A stretch of 61,092 nucleotides of DNA, filler included, from 5 parts of 5 records of this genome joined end to end with filler, not necessarily neighbours in it; one strand, 5' to 3'. Shown: positions 22,251-31,311, counted from the whole stretch's first letter. Notes: generated by a model from the sequence alone, not told the origin. Translations and numbers: made by a program.

Positions 22251-22652
22251 TTGGCAGGAGACGCGATCGGCGCCTTTGCCGTCTTCGGTCCACACGGCAC
22301 GCATCCGCTGTCGTTTCTTCTCAAGCCCGGCTTCCGGCACTGTTTCGCTGTCGTTCGGTGCGATGACTATTGGGTTGTGATCGACTCCGCCGAGGGGCTC
22401 GCGGAAATTCATGTAACCGGCTTGGACGCCGAGGGGCTCGCGGCTTTCTACCGCGAGGAACGGAGGATCGTCGTCCCCGTGTACGAGCGGCAATCCATCC
22501 GGTCGCCCGTCATGTTGACGAGCTGCGTTACCCTGACGAAAGCGGTCATCGGCATTCGATGCCGCGCATGGACGCCGTGGCAACTCTACAAGCACTTAAC
22601 CAGTAAGGCGAAAGCATATGCGGATAATGCCCGGCTTCGGCCCGTCGACTAA
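22251..22652 (+). CDS. Putative circularly permuted papain-fold (NlpC/P60-like) Cys enzyme
   Basis: His-first GFRHCFAVV, then TSCVTLTK, then C-terminal TPWQLY, the motif order of YiiX/PPPDE/LRAT-type enzymes. Confidence 0.6.
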   Translation: MAGDAIGAFAVFGPHGTHPLSFLLKPGFRHCFAVVRCDDYWVVIDSAEGLAEIHVTGLDAEGLAAFYREERRIVVPVYERQSIRSPVMLTSCVTLTKAVIGIRCRAWTPWQLYKHLTSKAKAYADNARLRPVD

Positions 22653-22908
22653 GAAACCGCCGTTGGCGGGTTTCCGCGAGTCCGTCTTAGCGCTGGCCGC
22701 GGCGGAAAACGCCCGTCGCCAAAGCGCCACAGGTGGCAGCGTGACGCGCGCCCCCGTAGCCTCGCCCGCAAGCCGGCCGGAAACTGCGCCGTCAGGGGAA
22801 ACGCGTCGGGCGCCGCGGGTTTTGGGCGCTGGCGATGAAAACGCAGGTCTTGGGCAAAGCAACGTTCGCCGGCCGCAAGCGCGCACATCACGGCTGTTAG
22901 GAGGTTAA
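22618..22908 (+). CDS. Small low-complexity virion-associated protein, paralogue 1
   Basis: MRIMPGFG ... NVRRPQARTSRLLGG. Confidence 0.75.
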   Translation: MRIMPGFGPSTKKPPLAGFRESVLALAAAENARRQSATGGSVTRAPVASPASRPETAPSGETRRAPRVLGAGDENAGLGQSNVRRPQARTSRLLGG

Positions 22909-22911
22909 CCG

Positions 22912-23154
22912 ATGCGACTCATTCCAGGGTTCGGTGGTGGTTCCCCGTCTCCGCCACCGCCCCCGCCGCCCATTCCGACGGTCGACAGCGCCAAATCCGA
23001 GCGCGAGTTGGCGCGTAAGAAGCTGCGCGAGGCGGAAGCAAGGCGCGCCGGCAGGGCTGCCACCATCCTGACGTCGGGGCAGGGGGTCGAGGACGAAGGG
23101 CTCGGCAACGTGACGCGACCGCAGGCCCGCACGTCCCGGTTGCTCGGGGGTTAA
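22912..23154 (+). CDS. Small pre-portal virion protein (T7 gp6.7/7.3-like position), paralogue 2
   Basis: MRLIPGFGGGSPSPPPP...RRAGRAATILT...NVTRPQARTSRLLGG; abuts the portal ATG. Confidence 0.8.
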   Translation: MRLIPGFGGGSPSPPPPPPPIPTVDSAKSERELARKKLREAEARRAGRAATILTSGQGVEDEGLGNVTRPQARTSRLLGG

Positions 23155-24828
23155 ATGGCCGAACGCGAACGCGTCGAACAATTCATACGGCAATGGCGCA
23201 AGGTCGACAGCCGGAAAGGTCTTTGGCTCGAGCATTGGGAAGACCTGGCGCGCGTCATGGTGCCGCGGCGCGTGGGCTTCACCACGCAGCAGCCGGCGGG
23301 CGACCGCAGGACCGAGGAGATATTCGACGGCACTGCCATGCGCGCCGCGCGGGGCCTTGCGAACGCCGCGGCACAGATGCTCCGGCCCGAAGGCGAACAG
23401 TGGGTCCACATCCGCGCCGCCGAGGACGCGCTGAACGAAGACGACGAGGTGCGGTTCTGGCTGGGCGAGGCCGAGGAAAAGCTGCTTACCGCCATGTTCA
23501 AACCCCGAGCGCGGTTCCGCCAGGCGGTCGGAGAAACGGACCTGGATCTGGTGGTGTTCGGCACGGCGGTGATGTTCATCGGACGCGGGCAGGCGTTGGA
23601 TCATCTCGTCTACCAATCGCTTCATCTCCGGGACGTCGCGGTCAGTTACGACGAGGAAGGGAACCCGGACGGCATTTTCCGGGTGCGGTGGTTCACCATC
23701 CGTCAGGCGCGCGATCGGTTCGGCGAGGAAAATCTGAGCGAGACGCTGCAACAGAAGATCCGCCAGAAGAGCGGACTATCGGGCATGGAGGACAAGGTTC
23801 AATTCCTGCATGTGGTGACCGGGCGGCCGGAAGGTCGAGAAGACGCGTTGTTCGCGAAGAATCTGCCGTTTGCGGATATCTGGATCGAGATCGACCAGAA
23901 GAAGATTGTTTCCGAGGGCGGATTCCACGAGTTCCCGTTCGCGGTGGCGCGGTGGGATACGTCGAGCGGCGAGGACTACGGTCGGTCGCCGGGTATGATC
24001 GCCTTGCCCGACGCTGCGACATCGCAGGCCATGGGCGAGACGATCCTGGTCGCGGGGCAGCGTGCCGCCGATCCGCCGCTGTTCGTGCCCAACGACGGCG
24101 CCCTGGACGCGGCCAACACCTTTCCCGGCGGCTTGTCCTATTACGACGTCGAGACGGCGGTGCAGTTGCGGGGCAACCCGTTCTTCCCGCTGGACACGGG
24201 GACAAACCTGCCGATCACGCGGGATATGCAGCAGGACGTGCGCGAGCAAATCGAGCGGGCGTTCTTCAAGAATCTGTTCAACCTGCCGATTGACGGGCCG
24301 CAGATGACGGCGACCGAGATCATTGAGCGCAAGGAAGAGTTCATCCGGGAAATCGGCCCGGTGTTCGGCCGGCTGGAAACGGATTATCTCGCGCCCATCG
24401 TCGAGCGGTCCTTCGCGATCATGCTTCGCTCGGGATCGTTCGACCCGATACCGGAAATCCTGCAAGGCCAGGACGTGCGGTTCGAATACGAAAGCCCGGT
24501 GAAGCGGATTCGCGAACAAGCCGAGGCGATGGCGGCGCGAGCCTGGGCCGGCGATATGATTGCGCTTGCCGAGGTGCGGCCGGAAGTTCTGGATCGCGTC
24601 AACTTCGATGAGTTGGCGAAATTCTCCGCTGAGGCCGTGAACTTGCCTGAGCGGCTGGTCGTGCCGGATGACATCGTTGAACGGGTCCGGCAGGCGCGGG
24701 CCGAGGCTGAACGCGAAGCGCTGGAGCGTGAGCGCACAGCACAAGATGCGGAAATCGCCAATACGGCAGCGCCCGCCGTCAAAACCGCTGCCGAGTTGAT
24801 CGGCATCAATGGAGGTCAGGCCGCATGA
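23155..24828 (+). CDS. Portal (head-to-tail connector) protein
   Basis: 557 aa; IFDGTA, YGRSPG, QMTATEI..R..E, IGPVFGRL, FEYESP (T7 gp8/BPP-1 type). Confidence 0.95.
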   Translation: MAERERVEQFIRQWRKVDSRKGLWLEHWEDLARVMVPRRVGFTTQQPAGDRRTEEIFDGTAMRAARGLANAAAQMLRPEGEQWVHIRAAEDALNEDDEVRFWLGEAEEKLLTAMFKPRARFRQAVGETDLDLVVFGTAVMFIGRGQALDHLVYQSLHLRDVAVSYDEEGNPDGIFRVRWFTIRQARDRFGEENLSETLQQKIRQKSGLSGMEDKVQFLHVVTGRPEGREDALFAKNLPFADIWIEIDQKKIVSEGGFHEFPFAVARWDTSSGEDYGRSPGMIALPDAATSQAMGETILVAGQRAADPPLFVPNDGALDAANTFPGGLSYYDVETAVQLRGNPFFPLDTGTNLPITRDMQQDVREQIERAFFKNLFNLPIDGPQMTATEIIERKEEFIREIGPVFGRLETDYLAPIVERSFAIMLRSGSFDPIPEILQGQDVRFEYESPVKRIREQAEAMAARAWAGDMIALAEVRPEVLDRVNFDELAKFSAEAVNLPERLVVPDDIVERVRQARAEAEREALERERTAQDAEIANTAAPAVKTAAELIGINGGQAA

Positions 24829-25124
24829 GCTTTGACGACAGCACGCTGATAGATGAAGTCAATTCGTTGAAAGCCAAACTGGCGACGACGAAAGAGGCCT
24901 ACGAACCTGCGATCGAGCGGATCCAGCAGTTCAAGACGAATTTCGGGATTCGCGAGCGCAGCGACGGTAGCATCGTCATCGATTGGACCAAGTTCGTCCC
25001 AATGCTCGGTGCGGAACAGGCGTTGGAACTGCGCCAGGAAATCGACGGCCATTACCGCATTACCGGAGATGCTGGCGAGAAACCGCGAATGAGGGTGCCA
25101 AGTGCCGCGCAAGAAGGAGTCTGA
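24825..25124 (+). CDS. Hypothetical phage protein (99 aa)
   Basis: ATGA overlap with the portal stop; SD GGAGG. Confidence 0.7.
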   Translation: MSFDDSTLIDEVNSLKAKLATTKEAYEPAIERIQQFKTNFGIRERSDGSIVIDWTKFVPMLGAEQALELRQEIDGHYRITGDAGEKPRMRVPSAAQEGV

Positions 25125-25419
25125 TCCCGGCGAAGGGTTGTTCGATGCCCTGAGTAGCCTGCCGCAGGCGGCGAATTATACCGACCAGGACCGGTACCGT
25201 GACTTCCGCAAAGTGTTTACCGGTTCCGACGAGGGCAAGCGCGTGCTGCGCGAGATTCTGTCCTGGGCGCATATGTTTCATTCATCCGCTTCCGGCAACC
25301 CGATCGATCCGTACCGGACGATGCTCTACGAGGGTGAGCGCCGGCTGGCCCTGCGGCTGCTGACCACGGTGCATGTGGAGCCGCCGCAGAAACCGACACA
25401 GACAACGAGGAAATCATGA
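25102..25419 (+). CDS. Bbp19-like protein
   Basis: YRDFRKVF...EGKRVL...DPY...YEGERRLAL; sits between portal and scaffold. Confidence 0.75.
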   Translation: MPRKKESDPGEGLFDALSSLPQAANYTDQDRYRDFRKVFTGSDEGKRVLREILSWAHMFHSSASGNPIDPYRTMLYEGERRLALRLLTTVHVEPPQKPTQTTRKS

Positions 25420-26489
25420 AGTTTCGAACCCATCTCGACGATCTGCTACCTGTTCCATCCGTGCTCCTGAGCTGCTTTGCCGATGAGGGCGCTGACGGAG
25501 GCGAGGGTGGCGGGGCTGGTGGCGATGCGGGGGGAGAGGGCGCAGACGCCGGTAAAGCCGCTGCTGGAGCCGCAGGCGGCGAAGGACAAGCCCCTGAATG
25601 GCTCGGTAGTGTCGAGGACGAGTCCTTGCGCAATGCGCTGACCGGGTTCGAAAGCCGCGACGAGCTGCTGGAGGCCATCGGCTATCAAAGCCCGGATTGG
25701 CGCGACGGTATCGACGACGAGAAGCTGCAAGGCCACGCCAAGCGCTTCAACTCCGTCGCCGACCTCGTTAAGGGTAATGTTGAATACAAAGGCGAACTCG
25801 ACCGCCTGAAGGCCACGGCAATTGTCCCGCCCGGCAAGGATGCGTCGGAAGAGGAAATCGCCGCCTTCCATCAGAAGATTGGCGTGCCGGAGAGCCCAGA
25901 AGGGTACGAATGGCCCGAGCCGCTCGAAGGCGAACAATTGACCGAGCAGGAGCAAGAATCGCGCAAGGCTTGGGGCGAGCGGTTCCACACGCTTGGCGTA
26001 CCCAAGGTCGCGGCCGAAGGCATCGTCGCCGCCTTCCGCGAAGATATGGCGAACGCTTCGGAACAGATCGCCAAACAGGACGAGAAATTCGCCGAGGAAA
26101 GTCAGGCCGCGCTCAAGCGCGAGTGGGGGCAGGACTACGACCGTAATGTCAAGATCGCCAAGGCCGCCGCCGATCAATTGTTCGCCGACGATATCGCGAC
26201 GATTCGCGAGGCCAAGACCAGCGACGACCGCATGTTGATGGACAACCCGATTATGCTGCGGATGCTCGCCAAGGTCGGGCGCGAAATGCAGGAAGGCAGT
26301 CTTGGCGCGATCACTGACGACGAGCGCGGCGGCATCGAGGAAGAAATCCGCACGCTCACGAAACAGATCAGCGAAGCGCAGGCTGAGGGCAACAACAAGC
26401 GGGCCAATGAGCTTTATCAGCGCGAGCAGCAGCTCCGCGCCCGGATGGGCAACCGGCCTATCGTGGGTGCCGAGGGCCGCGCCGCGTAA
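25416..26489 (+). CDS. Capsid assembly scaffolding protein
   Basis: Acidic, Gly-rich N-terminus; IGVPESPEGY, ALKREWGQDYD; directly upstream of the capsid gene. Confidence 0.88.
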   Translation: MKFRTHLDDLLPVPSVLLSCFADEGADGGEGGGAGGDAGGEGADAGKAAAGAAGGEGQAPEWLGSVEDESLRNALTGFESRDELLEAIGYQSPDWRDGIDDEKLQGHAKRFNSVADLVKGNVEYKGELDRLKATAIVPPGKDASEEEIAAFHQKIGVPESPEGYEWPEPLEGEQLTEQEQESRKAWGERFHTLGVPKVAAEGIVAAFREDMANASEQIAKQDEKFAEESQAALKREWGQDYDRNVKIAKAAADQLFADDIATIREAKTSDDRMLMDNPIMLRMLAKVGREMQEGSLGAITDDERGGIEEEIRTLTKQISEAQAEGNNKRANELYQREQQLRARMGNRPIVGAEGRAA

Positions 26490-26675
26490 ACCAATTTCGG
26501 TGGGTTCCCCGTAAGGGCCTCGCCAGCAAGCGCCCCGCCGCTTCATAGCGGGACAGCACATTCCTAAAGCCTCCCGGCAAAGCGCGTCGGCCTCCGACAA
26601 GGGGTTCCCGACGTGCCGCGCTGTGGGTTCCGGAAGGGATGCCGCATTCCATCAAACCAGGAATGAGGACATCTC
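26490..26675 (+). promoter_or_regulatory. Structured 5' leader of the major capsid gene
   Basis: Several hairpins: CCC-GTAA-GGG, GCGCGTCGG..CCGACGTGC, GTTCC-GGAA-GGGAT, and CATTCC..GGAATG abutting the SD GAGGA. Confidence 0.55.
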
Positions 26676-27569
26676 ATGTCAACCTCAATCGATACCGCCT
26701 TCATCACCTCGTTCGAGGAGAAGGTGCACGAGGTCTTTCAGCGCATGGGCAGCTATCTCAAGGATGCTGTCCGGGTGAAGGACAACGTGGTCGGGTCTAC
26801 CGCCGTCTTCCAGAAGATCGGCAAGGGCACGGCCACCACGAAAAGCCGTCACGGCGTCATCACGCCGATGAACCAGGACCACACCGCGCCGAGCGTGACG
26901 TTGCAAGACTTCTACGCCGGCGACTGGGTGGACAAGCTGGACGAGGCCAAGATCAACATCAACGAACGCGATGTGATCGCCTCGGGTGGCGCCATGGCCT
27001 TGGGCCGTAAGTGTGATGACCAAATCACGACGGTCCTCGACACCACGACCCAATCGACCGTGACCATCACCGTCACGTCCATCGCCGCGGTCCGCGCGAC
27101 TGCCGTCGAGTGGACAGAAGCGGCGTGGTCCAATGACGTGCCGAATGATGGCCAAGTCTACGCCGTCGTGACGCCGCGCGCTTGGTCGCAGTTGATGATG
27201 GTCGACCAGTTCAGCCGCGCCGAATTCGTGGGCGCGGACGGCATGACCTTCCGTGAAGGTCCGTCGATCGGGCGTGCCCGGTGGAAGGACTGGATGGGCG
27301 TCAAGTGGAAGATGCAAACGGGTCTTCCGGGCGCTGGCACGGCCACGGCGAAGTGCTTCCTTTGGCATAAGTCGGCGATCGGTTACGCCATCGCCGCTTC
27401 CGCGGGGAACATCGCCGGCAACGAGGCTGTGTCGGCCGACATCACCTGGCACGGCGATCGCGCCGCGCATTTCGTCAACAACATGATGAGCGGTAACGCC
27501 GTCATGATCGATGACACGGGCGTTATTGAGGCGAATCTCAATGACACCACGGCCATCGCAACGAGCTAA
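26676..27569 (+). CDS. Major capsid protein (Bbp17-like, HK97 fold)
   Basis: MSTSIDTAFITSF...VFQRMGS.L, DWVDKLDEAK, AMALGRK.D, C-terminal AVMIDDTGVIE. Confidence 0.92.
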   Translation: MSTSIDTAFITSFEEKVHEVFQRMGSYLKDAVRVKDNVVGSTAVFQKIGKGTATTKSRHGVITPMNQDHTAPSVTLQDFYAGDWVDKLDEAKININERDVIASGGAMALGRKCDDQITTVLDTTTQSTVTITVTSIAAVRATAVEWTEAAWSNDVPNDGQVYAVVTPRAWSQLMMVDQFSRAEFVGADGMTFREGPSIGRARWKDWMGVKWKMQTGLPGAGTATAKCFLWHKSAIGYAIAASAGNIAGNEAVSADITWHGDRAAHFVNNMMSGNAVMIDDTGVIEANLNDTTAIATS

Positions 27570-27581
27570 GGAGGGCTGACC

Positions 27582-27875
27582 ATGGCTTTTGTAGCAGCGA
27601 ACCTTCGCCTGATCGACGGTCCTCCGGGCCGCGCGATCTATCGCTACGACACCACCGACGCCCTTACGGCCGTCGAGGTGCCGGGGTATATCAACAACTC
27701 GGACGACGATCAGAACATCGCCAAGGGCGATATTTTCCACGTCGTCGTCTGGTCGACCGCCGTGTTCACGGGGCTTCCGACCGACGTTGGCTATCACGTC
27801 TGCGTCGACGTCGAGAGCAACGCCGTGAACCTGAGCACCGACCAGTTGGCCGGTACGTTCACGTCGACCGCGTGA
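27582..27875 (+). CDS. Probable capsid decoration/cement protein
   Basis: SD AAGGAGG; YDTTD.LTAV..PGY; small beta protein directly after the capsid gene. Confidence 0.6.
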   Translation: MAFVAANLRLIDGPPGRAIYRYDTTDALTAVEVPGYINNSDDDQNIAKGDIFHVVVWSTAVFTGLPTDVGYHVCVDVESNAVNLSTDQLAGTFTSTA

Positions 27876-28486
27876 TGTGCGATATGGCCGGGGCTTCGGC
27901 TCCTGCCGTACCTCCCTACCCGGAGTCGCATACCGGTACCGTTCTGGTGTGCGGCTTCGGGCCGGGCTTCTACGAAGATTACGAGCGCGCCTGTGCTTTG
28001 CGGCCGGGCGTTCCCGCGATCGCCGTCAACGAATCGGCGAAAGCGGTGCGAGCCTTCGCCTTGTTCTCGCTTCACCCGGAGAAGGGCAAGCGATGGAAGG
28101 CACTCGCAAAGCAGAGCTTCGGGGTTTCGCCGCCGCTGCATTCGGGCGGGCAGTCGTTTCACGTCGAGGGGCGGCAACGGAAATTCCCGGCTGTCGATTA
28201 CTGGTGGCAAGACGCGGCCGGCGGGGGAACGTCGGTGTGGGCCGCGGCGAAGATGGCAAGGATGATGGGGTTTGGGGAAATCATCCTTGTTGGCGCGCCT
28301 CTGGTGCACGGGAACTACGCGGACAGGAGTTTCGCGAAGGGCTTCCGGGAAGGCCACCGGCGGGACGACGGCCGGGAAACCCTGCAAGCGTACCGCGATT
28401 ACATCCTATCCGACACGTTTTGGCATACGGGAGTTTCATCGATGAGCGGTTGGACACGGAAGGTTCTAGGTGGGCCGGCTGCATAG
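27872..28486 (+). CDS. Maf/DUF115-like (sialyltransferase-fold) putative glycosyltransferase
   Basis: VLVCGFGP, IAVN, GGTSVWAA..A..MGFGEIILVGAP match the GxGP / N / S..A..MG...I.LxG pattern of Maf/GT42-like enzymes. Confidence 0.55.
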   Translation: MMCDMAGASAPAVPPYPESHTGTVLVCGFGPGFYEDYERACALRPGVPAIAVNESAKAVRAFALFSLHPEKGKRWKALAKQSFGVSPPLHSGGQSFHVEGRQRKFPAVDYWWQDAAGGGTSVWAAAKMARMMGFGEIILVGAPLVHGNYADRSFAKGFREGHRRDDGRETLQAYRDYILSDTFWHTGVSSMSGWTRKVLGGPAA

Positions 28487-29018
28487 AACGCGCCTGCGGC
28501 GCTGGCAGGTGCTCAAGCACTGCATTCAAGACCAGGGGTGGACGAGGGGAGTCGAACTCGGGGTCTACAAGGGCGATACGTTCCGGTATCTAGTGAAGCA
28601 TTGCCCGCAACTGGATCTGGTCGGGGTCGACCGGTTCGACAGCGCGCATCATGACTCGACGCGCGAGGGCCGTCCGCCGCTGAAAAAACGCCCCGACCTC
28701 GTCGAGTGCGAATGGGCGTTGCGGGCCTGGGTTAAGGACAACGCCCCGGAGCGCGCCTCGCTGATTTGCAGCGACACCGTGGAGGCGGCGCCGTTGTTCG
28801 ATGACGCGTCTTTGGATTTCGTGTTCGTCGACGCGGACCACCGGTACGAGGGCGTTAAGGCCGATATCGAGGCCTGGCTGTCCAAGGTGCGGCCGGGCGG
28901 CTGGATGATGGGGCACGACTACAACCACGGCGACTTTCCGGGTGTGGTTCAGGCGACGGCGGAGATATTCGGCGTCGTGCGGCTGCATCCCTGCGATATC
29001 TGGTCCGCCGCGTGCTGA
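28470..29018 (+). CDS. Class I SAM-dependent methyltransferase (Methyltransf_24-like)
   Basis: GVELGVYKGDT, LDFVFVDADHRYEGV..DI, VRPGG.M.GHDY. Confidence 0.9.
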   Translation: MGRLHRTRLRRWQVLKHCIQDQGWTRGVELGVYKGDTFRYLVKHCPQLDLVGVDRFDSAHHDSTREGRPPLKKRPDLVECEWALRAWVKDNAPERASLICSDTVEAAPLFDDASLDFVFVDADHRYEGVKADIEAWLSKVRPGGWMMGHDYNHGDFPGVVQATAEIFGVVRLHPCDIWSAAC

Positions 29019-29518
29019 TATCCGAGGAATGGCGAGCGCTGAACGCGCAGCTTCACGAGGAATGCGGGGATTTCGGATCGCGGGCACGGGAGAAGCGGTT
29101 CCGGGCCTTGAAAGAGATCATGAAGCGCGCCAAGGCCAAATCGGTTCTCGACTACGGCTGCGGCAAAGCCACGTTGGCGCGGTGTTTCAACGCCGAAATT
29201 CGGTGCTACGACCCGGCGATGAAGGAATACGCGGCGATGCCGGAGCCGGCGGATATCGTCGTCTGCTGGGATGTGCTGGAGCATATCGAGCCGGACTGCC
29301 TGGATGAGGTCCTGGATCATATCCAAGGACTCGCCGTAAAGGCGGTGCACCTGGTCATCGGCACGCGGCCGGACCGAACCAAACTCATGCCGGACGGGCG
29401 CAACCCGCACCTCATTATCGAGCCGGCGGAATGGTGGCTGCCGCGTCTCCGTACACGATGGCCCAAGATTGAGGGACGGTTCACGCCGGGCGAACTGGAA
29501 GTCCGGTGGATCGCCTGA
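29012..29518 (+). CDS. Class I SAM-dependent methyltransferase
   Basis: SVLDYGCGK, YDPA, DIVVCWDVLEHI. Confidence 0.88.
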   Translation: MLISEEWRALNAQLHEECGDFGSRAREKRFRALKEIMKRAKAKSVLDYGCGKATLARCFNAEIRCYDPAMKEYAAMPEPADIVVCWDVLEHIEPDCLDEVLDHIQGLAVKAVHLVIGTRPDRTKLMPDGRNPHLIIEPAEWWLPRLRTRWPKIEGRFTPGELEVRWIA

Positions 29519-30219
29519 TCGTCTGCTGCTTTCTCTGGCGCGACGAGCATTACCGCTGGAACCCGTATTTTCGGTACGGCGCGGAGCATGTGAACCGGTT
29601 GCGCAACATGGTGCGGCGGAATCTGACGCTCGACCATGAGTTCGTCTGCATCACCGATGACGCCGAGGGGATAGACCCGGATATCCGCATCGTGCCGCTC
29701 TGGGACGACCTGCGCGACATGGGCGGCTGCTACACGCGTTTGCGGGCCTTCGCGCCGGACATGGAAGACATCATCGGCCCGCGCTTCGTCTGGATGGACG
29801 TGGATTGCGTGGTGACGGGAAGTCTGGATCCGCTGTTCTCGCGTCCCGAGGATTTCGTGATCTGGAACGCCGGCACGACGCAGACGCCCTACTGCGGTTC
29901 GATGGTGATGATGACCGCCGGCTGCCGCTCAGAAGTCTGGACCGACTTCGACCCGAAGGAATCGCCGCCCAAGGCCAAGGGATACATCGGCACCGATCAG
30001 GCCTGGATATCCGCCCGACTGCCGGGTGAGGCGACCTGGACGGGCGCCGACGGCGTGATCGGGAGACGCCACGCGGGAATCCGCCGGGACGGTGAGAAGC
30101 CCGCGTTGACGCCGGGTCTGCCGGGCAGCGCGCGGGTGGTGTTCTTCCACGGCCCGTTCGATCCGGCGCAACCCGAATTGCAAGCGAAACATCCCTGGAT
30201 ACGGGACCACTGGAAATGA
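29506..30219 (+). CDS. GT-A fold glycosyltransferase (GT8-like)
   Basis: HVNRLRNMVRRNL..HEFVCITD, DxD motif WMDVDCVV, GTDQAWI, VVFFHG. Confidence 0.8.
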   Translation: MDRLIVCCFLWRDEHYRWNPYFRYGAEHVNRLRNMVRRNLTLDHEFVCITDDAEGIDPDIRIVPLWDDLRDMGGCYTRLRAFAPDMEDIIGPRFVWMDVDCVVTGSLDPLFSRPEDFVIWNAGTTQTPYCGSMVMMTAGCRSEVWTDFDPKESPPKAKGYIGTDQAWISARLPGEATWTGADGVIGRRHAGIRRDGEKPALTPGLPGSARVVFFHGPFDPAQPELQAKHPWIRDHWK

Positions 30220-30226
30220 GGAATTC

Positions 30227-30691
30227 ATGATTATCAAACCCACGGTCGTCACGACACCCGACTGCCCGACGGTGATCTTCCGCGAGGCGGCGGAGGCCTT
30301 CGATGTGGAGGACGAAGTCCGCAAGGTGTTGCATCGGCAGGGCTGGGGCCTCGGTACCCGGTTCAACGTCCATTTCGTGAACCACGAGGCGACGGATCTG
30401 CTCAAGACGGCGACCTATCTGGTCACCGGGGAGATCGAGGACTACCAGACCCGCGACGTCGACGGATACACATCAATGTCCAAAACGGTCTATCGGCGCA
30501 AATGCATGCGGCTCGGCGACTGGCTGGAGTTCGCCCAACCGGAGGAATCGGACGCCAACGCCCCGCTGGATGTCAAATGGAACCCCGGCAAGAAGGCCTA
30601 TGAGGTCAAGTCGGGCGACACGGTAATCGCGACCGAGGCAGACAAGGAAAAGGCGCAGGCGATCGCGAATGGCGAGAGGGAAGCCGCGTAA
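30227..30691 (+). CDS. Hypothetical phage protein (154 aa)
   Basis: SD GAGG; fills the gap before tube A. Confidence 0.7.
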   Translation: MIIKPTVVTTPDCPTVIFREAAEAFDVEDEVRKVLHRQGWGLGTRFNVHFVNHEATDLLKTATYLVTGEIEDYQTRDVDGYTSMSKTVYRRKCMRLGDWLEFAQPEESDANAPLDVKWNPGKKAYEVKSGDTVIATEADKEKAQAIANGEREAA

Positions 30692-31309
30692 GTGGTCGCC
30701 GAGACGGATATCGTCAACGCCGCGCTCAACCTGATCGGCGGTTCGCGCATCACGTCGCTGGTCGACGGGTCGAAGAACGCCAACATCGCGAACGATATCT
30801 ACGACGAACTGCGGGACGACTTGCTGCGGTCGCACTCCTGGAACTTCGCGACCAAGCGGGTGCGGTTGGCGCAATCGGCCACGACGCCGGTCTACGGCTT
30901 CGACTACGGCTATCCCCTGCCGTCCGACTGGCTGCGCACCATCGACGTGCATAGCAACGACGCCGGTACGGGAACGGTCTTCCACACGGTCGAGATGATC
31001 GGGACGCAGCGGGCGATCCTGACCGATGTCGATGAATTGTGGCTGCGCTACGTCTCGCGCGTCGAGGATCCGAACCTGATGCCGCCGGACTTCCGACGAG
31101 CCTTGCAAGCGGCTTTGGCACGCGACATGGCGGTTCCTATCGCGTCGAGCAACACCTTGCAGGATAATTTGGAGCGGCAGGCCTCCCGCATTCTCGCGCG
31201 AGCCAGATCGGCGGACGGGCTTGGGGCGTTCCCCGAACGGCGGCCTCGAGGGTCGTGGGCCAATAGCCGGGGGCGGGCCTTACCCTTGGTCGGTGACGCG
31301 GTCGAGTAG
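30692..31309 (+). CDS. Tail tubular protein A (T7 gp11-like adaptor)
   Basis: ETDIVNAALNLIG..I.SL, YDELRD.LL.SH.WNFA.KR, Y.LPSD.LR. Confidence 0.88.
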   Translation: MVAETDIVNAALNLIGGSRITSLVDGSKNANIANDIYDELRDDLLRSHSWNFATKRVRLAQSATTPVYGFDYGYPLPSDWLRTIDVHSNDAGTGTVFHTVEMIGTQRAILTDVDELWLRYVSRVEDPNLMPPDFRRALQAALARDMAVPIASSNTLQDNLERQASRILARARSADGLGAFPERRPRGSWANSRGRALPLVGDAVE

Positions 31310-31311
31310 CG

